Below, one piece after another: positions 44,591 to 57,985 of a stretch of 64,000 bases of DNA (its first letter is position 1; every line of letters starts with the position of its first letter). Source of the DNA: Octopus vulgaris (Eukaryota); the NCBI GenBank assembly GCA_951406725.2, contig OX597825.1:27528001-27592000 (forward strand). Direction: 5' to 3'. A model generated the notes under the pieces. That model searched no databases. It was not told where the DNA came from and worked only from the letters and a program-made list of their open reading frames with translations. The position numbers were made by a program, and so were the translations under genes.

Positions 44591-44851
44591 CCTGCTCAGT
44601 CCATGCTACTAGGTTGTTATTTCGGAATCTTTATGGAAGTGTGCTTCTGTGTATGTCAAGAGAGAGAGGGAGAGAGGTGGAGAGAGGGAAAGAAAGAGAC
44701 AGAGAGAGAATGAGAAATTGTGTGTACATATATGCGTGGATATGCAGTGCCGCAAGTGGTTGGGTCTGTTAATCTTTGGTTTAAATTTTAAATGTCGTAT
44801 GTTGAAGAGGAGTGACAATTTTTTCAAGATTATCTGCTTAAGCATCACTTG

Positions 44852-44891
<40 letters not shown>

Positions 44892-45042
44892 AATATTGTT
44901 GCGTGTGCATGCGGGGAAAGAGAATACATGTAGCATTAATTATATACATACGTATATACATACATACATACTCACATACACATATATATATTCGTACACA
45001 TTTATCTACTTTTATATATGTATCTATCTATCTATCTATCTA

Positions 45043-45175
<133 letters not shown>

Positions 45176-45989
45176 GTTTGTGTTTGGAGGGGGAAGCAAA
45201 ATGAGGAAGGGAGTAAGTGAGAAATTAAATGTAAGTGAAGTGAACAGAGACTAAGAGCTGTTCTGTAAGCGAATGAAAGTGCCGCATTTTCCATTTTTGT
45301 AAGCGAAAAACAGAAAAGAAATAAACGTAAGATAACACAGGAAGCACAAGAAGGAAAGCTCCTCCCATGATGTAGATCTTTAAGAAAAAGTAAGAAAACT
45401 CTAATTGTCAGAGAGAAATACATAGGGGAAAAATATATTGAGAGAAAGACAGATTGCGATAGAGATGTTAAATAGAGAGAATATATGAGTGATTATGAGA
45501 CACAGAGAGAGAAAGAGGCCAAGAGAGAATTAAAAGGAAAATGTGTACAGTAACGTAAACGAAACAATAATGTAGAGAGGTTAAGAGGAATGTTATGTTT
45601 AACTGCATATACGAAGTAAAGTGAAATGGTGCCATTTGAAAATCTTTTTTTCAGGATAAAGATTTTTAGAGATTCAGGACTTGAGGCTTCAATCCATTAA
45701 AAGTATGAGAAAGTTTTCTCGGTAGAACTAAGAATCTCATCACCCTACATACCAAACCCATCTCTTCCACGTCAATATCGTTGATTTTGCTATTGTGGTT
45801 TTTATAATTTATCGTCAACGTAATGGTGGTGGTGGTTGTGGAGGTGGAGGTGGTGGTGGTGGTGGTGGTGGTGGTGGTGGTGGTGGTGGTGGTTGTGGAA
45901 AGCGTGGTAGAACGTATGGTGGTTCTGAGGTTGTCGTTATCATCATCTGCATCAGCATCATCATCATGTTTTCATCATTCTCACTAATG

Positions 45990-46205
45990 GTAACTCGCTA
46001 GCAGAATCGCTTGCGCATCGGACAATGTGTTTCGTTGCATTTTGTCCGTCTTTACGTCCTGAGTTTAAATTCTGTGAGGTCAACTTTTCTTTTCATCCTT
46101 TTGGTATCGAAAAATTTGTACCAGTTGAGTACTGGGATCGACGTAATTGATTAGTCGCCTCCCACCAAATGTGAGGCCTTGTCACTATAGTAGACAGAAT
46201 TATTA
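45990..46205 (+). mobile_element. SINE family B copy
   Basis: CTAGCAGAATCG head, TTTCATCCTTTTGGTATCGA..GTACCAGTTGAGTACTGGG core, GGCCTTGTC..TAGTAGA..ATTATT end. Confidence 0.8.
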
Positions 46206-46213
46206 ATAACATT

Positions 46214-46608
46214 ACTCTCTTTTATTTTTTTACTTGTTTCAGTCATTTGAATGTGGACAAGCTGTAGCAGCGCCTTTAGTCGAGCAAATCGACCACAGAA
46301 CTTATTCTTTGTAAGCCTAGTACTTATTTTATCGGTCTCTTTTGCAGAACCACTAAGTTACGGGGACGTAAACACACCAGCTTTTGTCTTTAAGCGATGC
46401 TGGGGGGACAGGCACAGACACCCAAACATATACACACACATACATACATATACACACACACATATATATATATATACGACGGGCTTCTTTCAATTTCCGT
46501 CCACTAAATACACTCACAAAGTTTTGGTCGATCCGAGGTGCCACGCAGTGGAACCGAACCCAGACCCAAGTGGTTGGTAAACAAGCTACTTACCACACAG
46601 CCACTCCA
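46214..46608 (-). mobile_element. SINE family A copy
   Basis: Reverse complement of 37051-37462 with internal deletions; tail-to-tail with the family B copy. Confidence 0.85.
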
Positions 46609-47339
46609 TCACCGTTTCCTCATAATACTGTCGTCTTCTTCACCACCATCCTCTTCATCATCAAAATTTCCATCAACTGCACCAACACCAACACCGTTAT
46701 TATCCTTCTAGTTGTCTTAATCGTCGTCCGCCTCGTCAACGTCGTCTTCATCTTTAGTTTCTTCACAGTCACCTGCAAAATTGTCAGCCACGTGATGTTT
46801 GTGATGATGACTGTGATAACTATCAAGGATGACGATGGTGGCAATATGATTAATATGAAGATAATATTGACAATAAAAATATATGGATAATATTCATCAT
46901 TATCAAAAACACTATCGTCTTCACCATATTCCTTCTAAGTAAAAGACTCGCCCTCAATACCTTCATCCTCACCATTACGCACAAAAGTAGGTTCGGCAAC
47001 AGCCTCAGTCGAGCATTAAGCAAGATATACAAAACGTAGATGTGATTAATATTTTGTTCATTGTTCCTTTTATTATTGTTATGCGTATTATTTAAGAAAT
47101 AGAAGTGGTTATGCTTGTTTATCATCCTTTTGTCCGGGGATTACTTTGCGTTCCAGCTTTAAGCCATCATTACAGAAAACGGTAAATGGAATTGTAAAGC
47201 AAAGTAAGAATATCTAAAAACTTTGTAGAATCGGCAATAACAGAATAACATAACTTCAATCATATATATAATTGTGTGTATGTATATAAACATATATTCA
47301 TATATACTACATGTATATACATACACACACACACGCTTA

Positions 47340-47385
<46 letters not shown>

Positions 47386-47386
47386 G

Positions 47387-47576
47387 GTATGTATCTGCGT
47401 GTATACATCTGTGTATGTATATATGAGTGCGTGCATGTTTGTGTGAGAGTGTAAACATGGCGTATTCTGAATGAATAATGTCACATAATCGAATGGGAAA
47501 GAGCGTTCCATGAATCAGGTACTCCAAGACCGTCGGAAGGACGTGGTGTCCTTGTGAGAGAGCAGGAAAGTAAACA
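47387..47576 (+). repeat. 190-bp local direct repeat, copy 1 (copy 2 at 50338-50527)
   Basis: Shared identical core AGCGTTCCATGAATCAGGTACTCCAAGACCGTCGGAAGGACGTGGTGTCC; few substitutions elsewhere. Confidence 0.95.
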
Positions 47577-47670
47577 ATCAATTAAAAAAATCACAGAGAA
47601 AAAGAAAAAAACAAACGTTTGGACCTGACACAGGAAAAGTATTAGTAAGACTCTCAGAGAAGAGAATGCA

Positions 47671-47700
47671 TACGTTTCGAGCATAGCTCTTCATCGGAAA
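47671..47700 (-). ncRNA. Minimal hammerhead motif with CCGATGA core, stem I disrupted
   Basis: Minus strand CCGATGA-a-GAGC-tat-GCTC-GAAA-CG-TA; stem I partners do not pair. Confidence 0.55.
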
Positions 47701-48687
47701 AAGGGAAGTCCAAGACAAAGAGGAAAAGAATCACCAACATTCATTTACCGTTACATTTTTAAAGTGAGCGGAAGTATGAATAAAGAAAAAAATGCTTTCT
47801 CATACAGGAAAGTGCAAAATTATTCAGTACGCGTGTGCTCGCGCGTATATATGTGTGTGTGGTAGCGTGTGAGACAGTTACTGTGTATGTATGTGTGCGT
47901 GGCAGTGTGTGTGCGTGTGGTAGTAAGTGTGTGTGCTTGTGTGATGCGTGTGTATGTGGTAGTGTGTGGTAACGTGTGAGTGTTGCAGCATGTGGTAACG
48001 CACATGTGTGTGTGTGAGGTATTAACTGTGTGTCTGTCTGCCTGTGTTTGTGTGCGTAGTCAGTGTGTGAGTGCGTGGAATGATCTGTGTGTGTTCGTGT
48101 GTGTGCTGCTCGAAGTATTCTGGAGCTATAGTGACAGGAGTGTGGATGGCTGGCTTTAGAATTGCGTATGTGCGTGGATGGAAGGGTAAATGCTGGCTCA
48201 GAGGCAGTCAGAAGAGGGTGTGAGATCGGGTGGGTGTGGCTGTAGAGATTTGAGAAGTGTGAGCAGGTGCGTTGGTAAATCCACGCACGTGGGTATTATG
48301 TGTGCTGGTGTGTGTGTTTGCGAGTGTGTGTGCGCACGCTCGTGTGTGTGTATTTGTGCACGTGTGTGCGTAAAAATAAGGAATGATATAAATAAGCTGT
48401 AAAAAGTAAAAATTATGAAAAAATTAAAATAATGCAAATAATACATAATATAATTAACAAATAAATAATGAAAAGTAAGAATCAGTAACAATAAAAACAA
48501 GTAAAGGATTAAGTGGATAAATCAGCAACAGAAATAGGATCTCTAACAGAAATTACTAAAAATTTATTCTAAAAATTATTAAGAAAGTATTAAAAAGTTT
48601 TCTTAAATTATTAGTTTATTAAATTATCAGTGAAAAAAATCTCAACAAATTTATTTAAAAATTATAAAAAAATATAAAAAACAAAAT

Positions 48688-49100
48688 AGGATCTTTTCGG
48701 TTTGAACGGTAGTTTTTTTAATAATTTCCACGTAACTAAACACTTTTAAACTCTGTATACTGGTAGAATGTGTTTATAAAACATCTTTTTCTCTTGGCTT
48801 TATCGAGAAAATTCTATAGTTTGCAAGATATTTGTTGTTTTTTTTTTCTTCAATTTCTGCAATTTCAACCAATTAATGACGTCTATTGAGGTAAAAATCA
48901 TTCTGTGCCGTATGAATATGTCCCTCGATTAAGAAACAGATTGGGTTTATTTACGTTTGTGAAGAAAAAAAGATACCCTTCCCCCCACCCATAACCTTAA
49001 CCCTAACTAACCCTAACTCTAAAACAGATTGAAATGCAATAGATCGATACTAGGGTCATAATTATGGGTGACAATTTCATATGACACCGCTAGAAAAAAT
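48688..49100. mobile_element. Probable non-autonomous DNA element containing telomere-like (TAACCC) motifs
   Basis: Starts GGATCTTTTCGGTTTGAACGG, which I recall as an octopus repeat terminus (unverified); TAACCTTAACCCTAACTAACCCTAAC at 48992-49017; other end apparently truncated. Confidence 0.4.
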
Positions 49101-49139
49101 ATATGAATATTTGGGATATTGTAGGAATGTAATGGGAAA

Positions 49140-49494
49140 CACTCCGTCGGTCACGACGATGAGGGTTCCGGTTGGTCCGAATCAACGGAACAGCCTGCTC
49201 GTGAAATTAACGACACGTGCACCCTTAACGTAGTTCTCGGGGATATTCAGCGTGACACAGAGAGTGACAAGGCCGGCCCCTTGAAATACAGGTACAACAG
49301 AAACAGGAAGTAAGAGTGAGAGAAAGTTGTGGTGAAAGAGTACAGCAGGGATCAACACCATCCCCTGCCGGAGCCTCGTGGAGCTTTTAGGTGTTTTCGC
49401 TCAATAAACACTCACAACGTCCGGTCTGGGAATCGAAACCGCGATCCTATGACCGCGAGTCCGCTGCTCTAACCACTGGGCCATTGCGCCTCCA
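49140..49494 (-). mobile_element. tRNA-derived SINE family C (tail type 1)
   Basis: Head TGGAGGCGCAATGGCCCAGTGGTTAGAGCAGCGGACTCGCGGTC..GTTTCGATTCCC (A/B boxes); head and middle shared with 59931-60234. Confidence 0.85.
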
Positions 49495-50288
49495 CGAACC
49501 TACTAATACGCATATATACGCATGTTTCTATATAGTTACAGACACACGCACACACACATACAAATACACAAACGCAAACACGCACGCACAAACACGTACA
49601 CACAAACACACACATACATAAAAACAATTTGGGACATATTGTGAACATTCGTGTGTGTGTGTGAGTTTCTGTACGTGTGTGTTTGTGAGTGCGTGTATTT
49701 GTATGTAAACTTTTTTGTGTTTGTATTTGTGAGATTTCATCATATTTGTAAAACGTCCCAGAACAAATAAGTACGAACATTAAGGATACAAATTCTATTT
49801 TATAAATAAGAGATCACGTTAAACGCCAATGTATGAAGACGTACTTCATCGGAAACAAAATCTGATTATTACGTAAGTTTACACAGCAACAATACAGGCC
49901 AATTCATCAGGTAACAAAACACATGAACATACTCAGTTCACAAGACATCACTGTAATCATCGAGGGAGCAGGAGATTATTGTTACTGTCAGAAATATTGT
50001 TTTTATTCTCCTTAGAGTCCATCTCATTAAACATCTGCAAGCAGTACGAAGAACATTAAGAAATATATCATCTATCTTCGCATGTCGCATCCTCACACAC
50101 GTCTCACCAGAAGATACCAAATCGACATCCCCCATTTTCTCTTCATCAAGGAGACTTGGAGAAAAATAGATGCTTCGTCTTATTTAGTTCTAATTGCCCT
50201 CTCATTAGTAATCTAAATTCCATTGGCTTTTATTCCTTTATATCTACATATACACGCACATATATATCTTTATATATATACAAACACA

Positions 50289-50336
<48 letters not shown>

Positions 50337-50337
50337 A

Positions 50338-50527
50338 GTATGTATCTGCGTGTATATATCCGTGTATGTATATATGAGTGCGTGCATGTTTGTGTGAGTG
50401 TGTAAACATAGTGTATTCTGAATGAATAATGTCACGTAATCAAATGGGAAACAGCGTTCCATGAATCAGGTACTCCAAGACCGTCGGAAGGACGTGGTGT
50501 CCGTGTGAGTGAGCAGGAAAGTAAACA
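50338..50527 (+). repeat. 190-bp local direct repeat, copy 2
   Basis: See 47387-47576. Confidence 0.95.
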
Positions 50528-50554
50528 TGTATATGTATGTATATATATATATAG

Positions 50555-50598
<44 letters not shown>

Positions 50599-50615
50599 GT
50601 GTGTGTGTGTGTGTG

Positions 50616-50657
<42 letters not shown>

Positions 50658-50792
50658 GAGATCTTTTGGTATTCAGAAGACCCCAAAAGCAGATAAGGTT
50701 ATGTAAGTGCTAAGGAAGGATTGCTGTTAAGTCCTGTTCAATAATACCATCAATGAGGAGTCTAAGGTGGATTGTGCGTGATTGTGTATATG

Positions 50793-51214
50793 ATAAAAAG
50801 GATAACAAGACAAAGACAATTTGATGCTCCTAGGCAATTTAGATATAGAAAGGTGTTCTTACACCTATTTCACGGAAATAAGTGACATCCGATCATCAAA
50901 GAAGAGTTAAAAGAGCTTCAATAGAAGGAATTATTAGGATTTATTCTGGAGAGGGAGAGATATAGAACAAATTAGATATAGTTCTAAGATATTTGATGTA
51001 ATAAGATATAATTATATCTAATTTCTTGTATATCTCTCCTTCTCCAGAATAACTTCTATAAAATGAACTCTAATAATTCCTTCTATTCAAGCTCTTTGAA
51101 CTCGCTCTGATGATGGGATATCATTACTTTCCCTGAAACAGCTGTAAGACCACCTTTCTATTTATAAATGTCACAGGAATATCACATTTCCTTAGCCGTA
51201 TTATCCTATTTTAT
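50793..51214. mobile_element. ~420-bp imperfect palindrome: inverted pair of hammerhead-bearing PLE-like termini
   Basis: Arms are reverse complements (AATAGAAGGAATTATTAG/CTAATAATTCCTTCTATT etc.); HHR 51105-51148(+): CTGATGA-t-GGGA..TCCC-t-GAAA-CAGCTG-TA; decayed mate 50856-50903(-); (TA)n follows. Confidence 0.8.
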
Positions 51215-51317
51215 TTAACATGTATATAGATATATGTATATATACACACATATATATATGTATATATATATATATATATATAACTATATTTATACATATA
51301 TATATAACTATATATAT

Positions 51318-51420
<103 letters not shown>

Positions 51421-51824
51421 TGTATTTGTTTTTATGTGATTGTCTCCCCACCATCGCTAGACAACAGAAGAAAACAAGGAAAAAAAAAAAAAGTAGAAGA
51501 AAAAGAAACGAAATGATTATTGAATTAATGAGTGAATGAAGGTATGTATTGTGTTCCACGGAGGAAAAATATTTAAAAGACAAAATCAAACGAGGACGTA
51601 GAATAAACTAAGAAACAAAGAATGCTATGACCAATTACAGTACGTCGCCCAGTGACTGAAGACACAATAAATATAAGAGATCTTATGTTGTTTTTGCTTG
51701 GAATTTTTTTTTTATTTTAGATGTTTATGAAATTGTATTTATGTATGCATAAAGCTATAGCTTTATATATATATATATGAGCTAATCTTATTATAAAAAA
51801 AAAATATATATATATATATATATT

Positions 51825-51861
<37 letters not shown>

Positions 51862-51959
51862 ATGTATATATATGCTTATCCATATATATTTAATATAGGT
51901 GTGGAAATCTGTGTTTGTTGGTGTTTTTCAATATGTCAGTGACAGTAAATGTGTATTTC

Positions 51960-52000
<41 letters not shown>

Positions 52001-52043
52001 TGGCGCAAACATCTATATATATGAATGATTATATATATATATG

Positions 52044-52085
<42 letters not shown>

Positions 52086-52965
52086 TATATGTGTATATAT
52101 ATATAGACATATATAAAATTGTATATGCATAGATACGTATTTAATGTGTGTCTGTTCATATATCGATGCATGTACAACTTTATGTAAATCAATGTTTATA
52201 TGAATGTCTGTATGTGTAACAACTTTGTCTGCTAGGTTCTTTTCTTTTATTTTTTTTCTTCGCTTTCTTGGTGTCTTACAATTTGTTTTCTTTCATATTC
52301 TTTCGAATTGTTTTCTCAGTTTTTGTTGTTTAACAAATGATGAAGAGATTAGGTACGTTGTATAGGTGTAGAGTATAATAGATTCTGCTTCAGGCAACTC
52401 GTGGTATTGAAATGGTCATTAACAAGTTAGATTTACCTTATTAAATTCCCGTTCACATAGAAATGAACTTACTTACCTACATACACACATACATACATAT
52501 AATTATATACTTACATGAATATATATAAACATAGAATTCGAATATGCATACGTGAAAACATTCACACTTATACATATCTATAAACAAATATATACATAGA
52601 AATCATCTTTCACAAATGCACTTACTTCAGTCTTATTATCGGGCTAGTAGTAGGGGAACGTGTGATTATTCAACGAAAGATGTGTATATGTACGTGTGTG
52701 GGTGTGTACGTGTCTTTGTTCGTTTGTGATAGTAGGTATTGTTTTTATATGCATATATATATATATATATATGTACGTATACACATATCTACACACACAC
52801 ACATATATATATACTGCATATAACATATGTATATATATATACATATATTATATACAGTACATATATATATATACGTATATATGGATATACATTTACGTAT
52901 ATATGCGTATATATACATATATATATGTGTATATATACATATATATATATGTATATATATATATA

Positions 52966-53014
<49 letters not shown>

Positions 53015-53129
53015 ATATGTATATATATATATACATATTTATATATATATATATATACATACATACATATGTGCATATATATAAAAACAATGCCTACTAT
53101 ATATATATTGTATAGATACATTATATAGC

Positions 53130-53195
<66 letters not shown>

Positions 53196-53587
53196 AATGT
53201 ATATACATATGTATGTATTATTGTATGTATGTATGTATGTATATATGTATATATGTACGTATGTATGTATGTATGTTTGCATGTTTGTATGTGTGTATGT
53301 ATGCGTGTGTACATATATGTATTTATAAAGATAAAACGTATATAGCGAGTGAGTTTTCAATGTTATAGCTAGTATAGTTTCTGAAGCCGGTATTAGCATT
53401 CAAATTTATAGTTCGTGGCTGGTTTTTGAGACTACTATATTATTCCGTCTTCGCTGATGTATGTAAAGATTGTTGAAACCTTCACGAATATAGATTGAAG
53501 TAATAATTACAAATTTCACACACGTGTATTTTGTGCGCCACTTGTATCATTTTCATGCATACGAACATAAATACATAATTAGGTATA

Positions 53588-53620
<33 letters not shown>

Positions 53621-53621
<1 letters not shown>

Positions 53622-53855
53622 CTTTATTTAAAGCAGCAGAAAATTCAACAAAATCTGTTACTCTGAGTTTCTCGTTGCCGTTCATCAGACAGTTTTTGCT
53701 AGAATGGCAAAAACTCTCTGATGAATGGCAACGAGAAACTCAGAGTAACAGTATTTGTTGAATTTTCTGCTGCTTTAAAGAAAGCATATTACTCTACCAC
53801 TGGTATTTGAGTACTCTTTTTTCCACCTTGTTTCACATTTATGTGTTTACACCGG
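53621..53855. mobile_element. PLE-like end: 73-bp inverted arms, each with a minimal hammerhead, plus 3' tail, between (TA)n tracts
   Basis: Arms 53627-53699/53707-53779; HHR 53655-53692(-): CTGT-CTGATGA-a-CG-GCAA-CG-a-GAAA-CTCAGAG-TA-ACAG; mate 53714-53751(+). Confidence 0.85.
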
Positions 53856-54508
53856 TATATATATATATATATATATATATATGCATATCTGCATATGCAT
53901 ATCTGCATATACACATGTATATATGTTTATGGTTGTGCGTGTGTGTGTGAGAGATAGAGAAAGAGTATGTGTGTGTGTGCGGCCAATTTCTTTCTCTGAG
54001 ATTTAACTCTATCAACTTGGCGATCCTCTTTACTTTTGAACGCGTGAATACCTCTGTCACTAATTTCTCAATCACACTCTCACGATGATCGCCTTCTGAA
54101 AAGCAAATGCTCCAACACCCAGTTTGATTATTTGCAGTGATTCTCTGACATCGATCGGGTCATCTGCTATGACTATTTCGTTCCCTTTGCCGCGACTTAG
54201 ACTTTGAGATATCAAAACAATAGATGGTCGTCTCTCCACTGGACTAGGATAATCCAACCTATCGTAAAACTCGCCACCCTAAACAGAGCCCAGCAAATTG
54301 ACTATATCTCTGCACTTCGATCCTTCACACGCCCGACACATATCGCAGCTTCTACCATATCTTTTCCCTCACTTTACCCTAGCGTTTTTAAATGCATGCG
54401 TTTTCCGCCTTTCCTGTTCGATATATGATTAAAAGATCGTGGATAAGACCAAACGCAAGGTAACTCACAAGAAAACAAATATGTGAATTAATGTAGACTT
54501 ACCTTGCA

Positions 54509-54544
54509 TTCAATATTTCCGGGTTATGTCCCCATCCTCAAGAA
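54509..54544 (-). ncRNA. Minimal hammerhead motif (C3->T)
   Basis: Minus strand TTC-TTGAGGA-t-GGG-gacataa-CCC-g-GAAA-TA-TT-GAA. Confidence 0.55.
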
Positions 54545-54703
54545 ATATACAAAATATATACAATATATTCTGCACGATGCTTCACAGTAATTATTCGATT
54601 ACTATATATATGTATATGTGTCTGTGTGTGTGTGTGTGTGTGTCTGTGTTTGTGTGAGTGTGTGCGTATGTGCGCGTGTGTGTATGTGTGTATACATATA
54701 CAT

Positions 54704-55102
54704 CTCTCTTTCTCTTTTATTTGTTTCAGTCATTTGACTCCGGCCATGCTGGAGCACCGCCTTCATTCGAGCAAATCGACCCCGGGACTTATTCTTTTTG
54801 TAAGCCCAGTACTTATTCCGTCGGTCTCTTTTTGACGAACCGCCAAGTGACGGGGACGCAAACACACCAGCACCGGTTGTCAAGCAATGCTAGGGGAACA
54901 AACACAGACACACAAACACACACACATACATATATATATATATACATATATACGACAGGCTTCTTTCAGTTTCCGTCTACCAAATCCACTCACAAGGCAT
55001 ATAGCAGAAGGCACTTGCCCAAGATGCCACGCAGTGGGACTGGACCCGGAACCATGTGGCTGGTTAGCAAGCTACTTACCACACAGCCACTCCTGCGCCT
55101 AT
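54704..55102 (-). mobile_element. SINE family A, near full-length copy
   Basis: Reverse complement of 37051-37462, highly similar. Confidence 0.9.
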
Positions 55103-55239
55103 ATATATATATATATTTATATTTATAGTTATATTTGTATTTATATATAAATCCAGTTATCCATATTTTGCACTCGTTTATTACAATCCATTTTAAATTG
55201 TCCATCACAATCCCCCACTTATTTATATCCCCTATATCC

Positions 55240-55828
55240 TAAAACTTTATTCGACGGTCATTCGGAATGCTCACAGCAGTCATATTCCTACCGCTCTATG
55301 CCTATGTCGCACTGGTGAGACCCATATTGGAGTACAAGCCTCTTCTCCTTACCTCCACAAAGACATACATCATCTCGAAAGAGTTCAGAAGCTGGCTACC
55401 CGCATGGTTCTTGGTCTCAAGCATTTGTCTTATGAAGAAAGGCTGAAGACGCTCGAACTTTATTCTCTAGAAAAACGACGACGCCGTGGTGATCTCATTC
55501 TCGCTCACAACATCATAAGCTGAAAATGTAACCTCTCGAAAGAACTATTCTTCACTCCTGCTCCAAAACGTCGGCTGCGGGGTCACTCCGAAAAGCTCTA
55601 TCTGCAACGATTTCATCTCAATCGAAGGGGAGGGGCTTTCTCCGTCAGGGTTGCGCATCCGTGGAATAAGCTGCCGGACGAGATAGTGAAGATGCCGTCG
55701 ACCGCTCGGTTCAAAGTCTCTCTTGTCCAGAAATGGCCTGAACTCTTTGGATGAACACCCTTCCTGTACATAACTCCATGGCCCCCTACATGGCCTTGCT
55801 TTCTGATCCAAAAAATTAACTTAACTTA
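55240..55828 (+). mobile_element. 5'-truncated CR1-clade LINE (RT C-terminal region, 3' UTR and TTAAC tail)
   Basis: VALVRPILEY, SPYLHKDIHHLERVQKLATRMVLGLKHLSYEERLKTLELYSLEKRRRRGDLI, RLRGHSEKL, FSVRVAHPWNKLP; ends AATTAACTTAACTTA. Confidence 0.92.
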
Positions 55829-56875
55829 TTTTATCTCCAACATAGATACTGACATGGTTATCTTTGATTAGCCGAAGAATAGTTAGAAAAGTGTCGGTAG
55901 ACCACATCGAATCCACATAAAGTAAATGCGAGGAATCCGAGAAGACCTATCACATGCAGTGGTGGACAAAACAGACTCGAGAGAACGAGTGACGGTGATC
56001 CGTGCAACAAGCACGACAGAATGATGATGAAATCCCAATGTTTGAACACCTTACAAAAATGCATATTGAACTTACATATCTTATTTCTTAAAAAATTACA
56101 TAGGTATTTCTACACCTTGTCTTATTCCTCTCTTACATTCAGCGGAATCTCTTGATAATTTATATATTTATGCAGCATTTTACGCACTTCATTTTATTCA
56201 TATACCTTAGAATTTATAACCACTTGATATTAAAGGTAAACATAATAGTAACATATTTTTCCTTTTTGTAAAGGTGTCTTCCTTTAAAATATTACACAAT
56301 AGATTTTATCTTCGTTTAGCCAAAGTCATTCAATTCTATCATTATATCGTACATCTCTCTTAATTATTCTACTGAGGCAGTTTTAAATTATTCCCACAAG
56401 ACTAGCAGAATCTATCTTATAAAGCAATTTATCTAATATTATATTATATATTTTTCCGGCACATTTGTACAATTTTTGTTATCAAAACGAATCCCATAAA
56501 TATATGCCCTCATAGTATTACTTAACTCCACCTTACAAATCTCAAATATTGTAGTCGCTTCTTCTGCATTCCCCAAGAACAACATTTAATAATAGAAATT
56601 ATTTTCCCTTCCAATTATATTTAATAACTTAGTATTACTAAAACAATTCTCCCCATTTATTCCATTATGGATTAATCCAGTTAGCAACATTTAATCATAC
56701 TCCATTGTAATCGCCCTCAACGGTACCTGACTACAATATTTAAATTATCTCGCTGGCTATTTCATAAATTCCATTCCAATATTACCATGCTTCCTTAAAT
56801 CATTGCTTTCAAATTTCTATCGTCGCTCCTTCATATTTACTTTAGTGTCGTACATTTGTGTACATACGCACATAA

Positions 56876-56910
<35 letters not shown>

Positions 56911-56978
56911 CGCGTGTGTGTGTTTGGGTGTGTGCCTATGTGTGTGTAAGGCTATAGCCATTTATGCTTACACTCAGA

Positions 56979-57051
<73 letters not shown>

Positions 57052-57178
57052 CCTATATATGTAAACGTCTGTCTCTGTATATCTGTGTGTGCCTCTGTGT
57101 GTGTGTATGTCTGTCTTTCTTCGTAGCTATCTTTTATAAGTGTGTATATTATACAAATAAACATATATATAAGGTGTT

Positions 57179-57255
<77 letters not shown>

Positions 57256-57723
57256 TTATTTATATACATATACATGTACACATATATACATATATATATA
57301 TATATGCATGTATGTATATAAGCACACGTTATTAAATACAATATGAGTTTGTTGGTGTTTGTGTCAATTTGTGTTTGCGTGTGTATTTGTGTATAGTTCG
57401 TGATGCGTTTCTGTCATCCGTATTTGGTTGTGATTATTAAACCAATATGTTCTAATGTGTTAGGAATAATAAAGAAGACAAGATCTTAAGACGCAGAAAG
57501 AAGTTTCGCTTCAACGTTAAGGTGTGATGTTAAGTAGACAAACCGGTCTGTCATATGTTATTAGAATAAGCTGCCTTCTTGAAAGATACCTAATAAAATT
57601 CCTAATATCGACATAATAAATAGAAGCATAAGCAAGAAATATACGCAAATATATCTCCTGTGTGAGTTTGTGTATGTATATATGTATCTCTCTCTCTCTC
57701 TGACTCTCTCTCTCTCTCTCTCT

Positions 57724-57786
<63 letters not shown>

Positions 57787-57805
57787 TATTTATTGATACA
57801 CACAC

Positions 57806-57840
<35 letters not shown>

Positions 57841-57948
57841 GCGTATACACATAAATGAATAAGTATTTACAAATCTACATATATACATAATATAGATGAT
57901 ATATATACTTCATGAATACTCACACACACATATGTATATAAGCATGTA

Positions 57949-57985
<37 letters not shown>

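Noticed and set aside
43576-44772. Long ORFs of 144-213 aa (poly-I/L/V/H/S)
   Set aside because: Purely trinucleotide microsatellite translations.
48992-49020. TAACCC telomere-like repeats
   Set aside because: Only about 4 imperfect units inside a probable interspersed element; not a telomere or fusion site.
49933-49945. In-frame TGA in the candidate exon as selenocysteine
   Set aside because: No selenoprotein motif context and no SECIS identified; an indel or non-coding status is simpler.
56000-56830. AT-rich stretch possibly from an old LINE (similar cases at 3330-3760, 7640-8340 and 13300-14280)
   Set aside because: No motif could be recovered confidently by manual translation.
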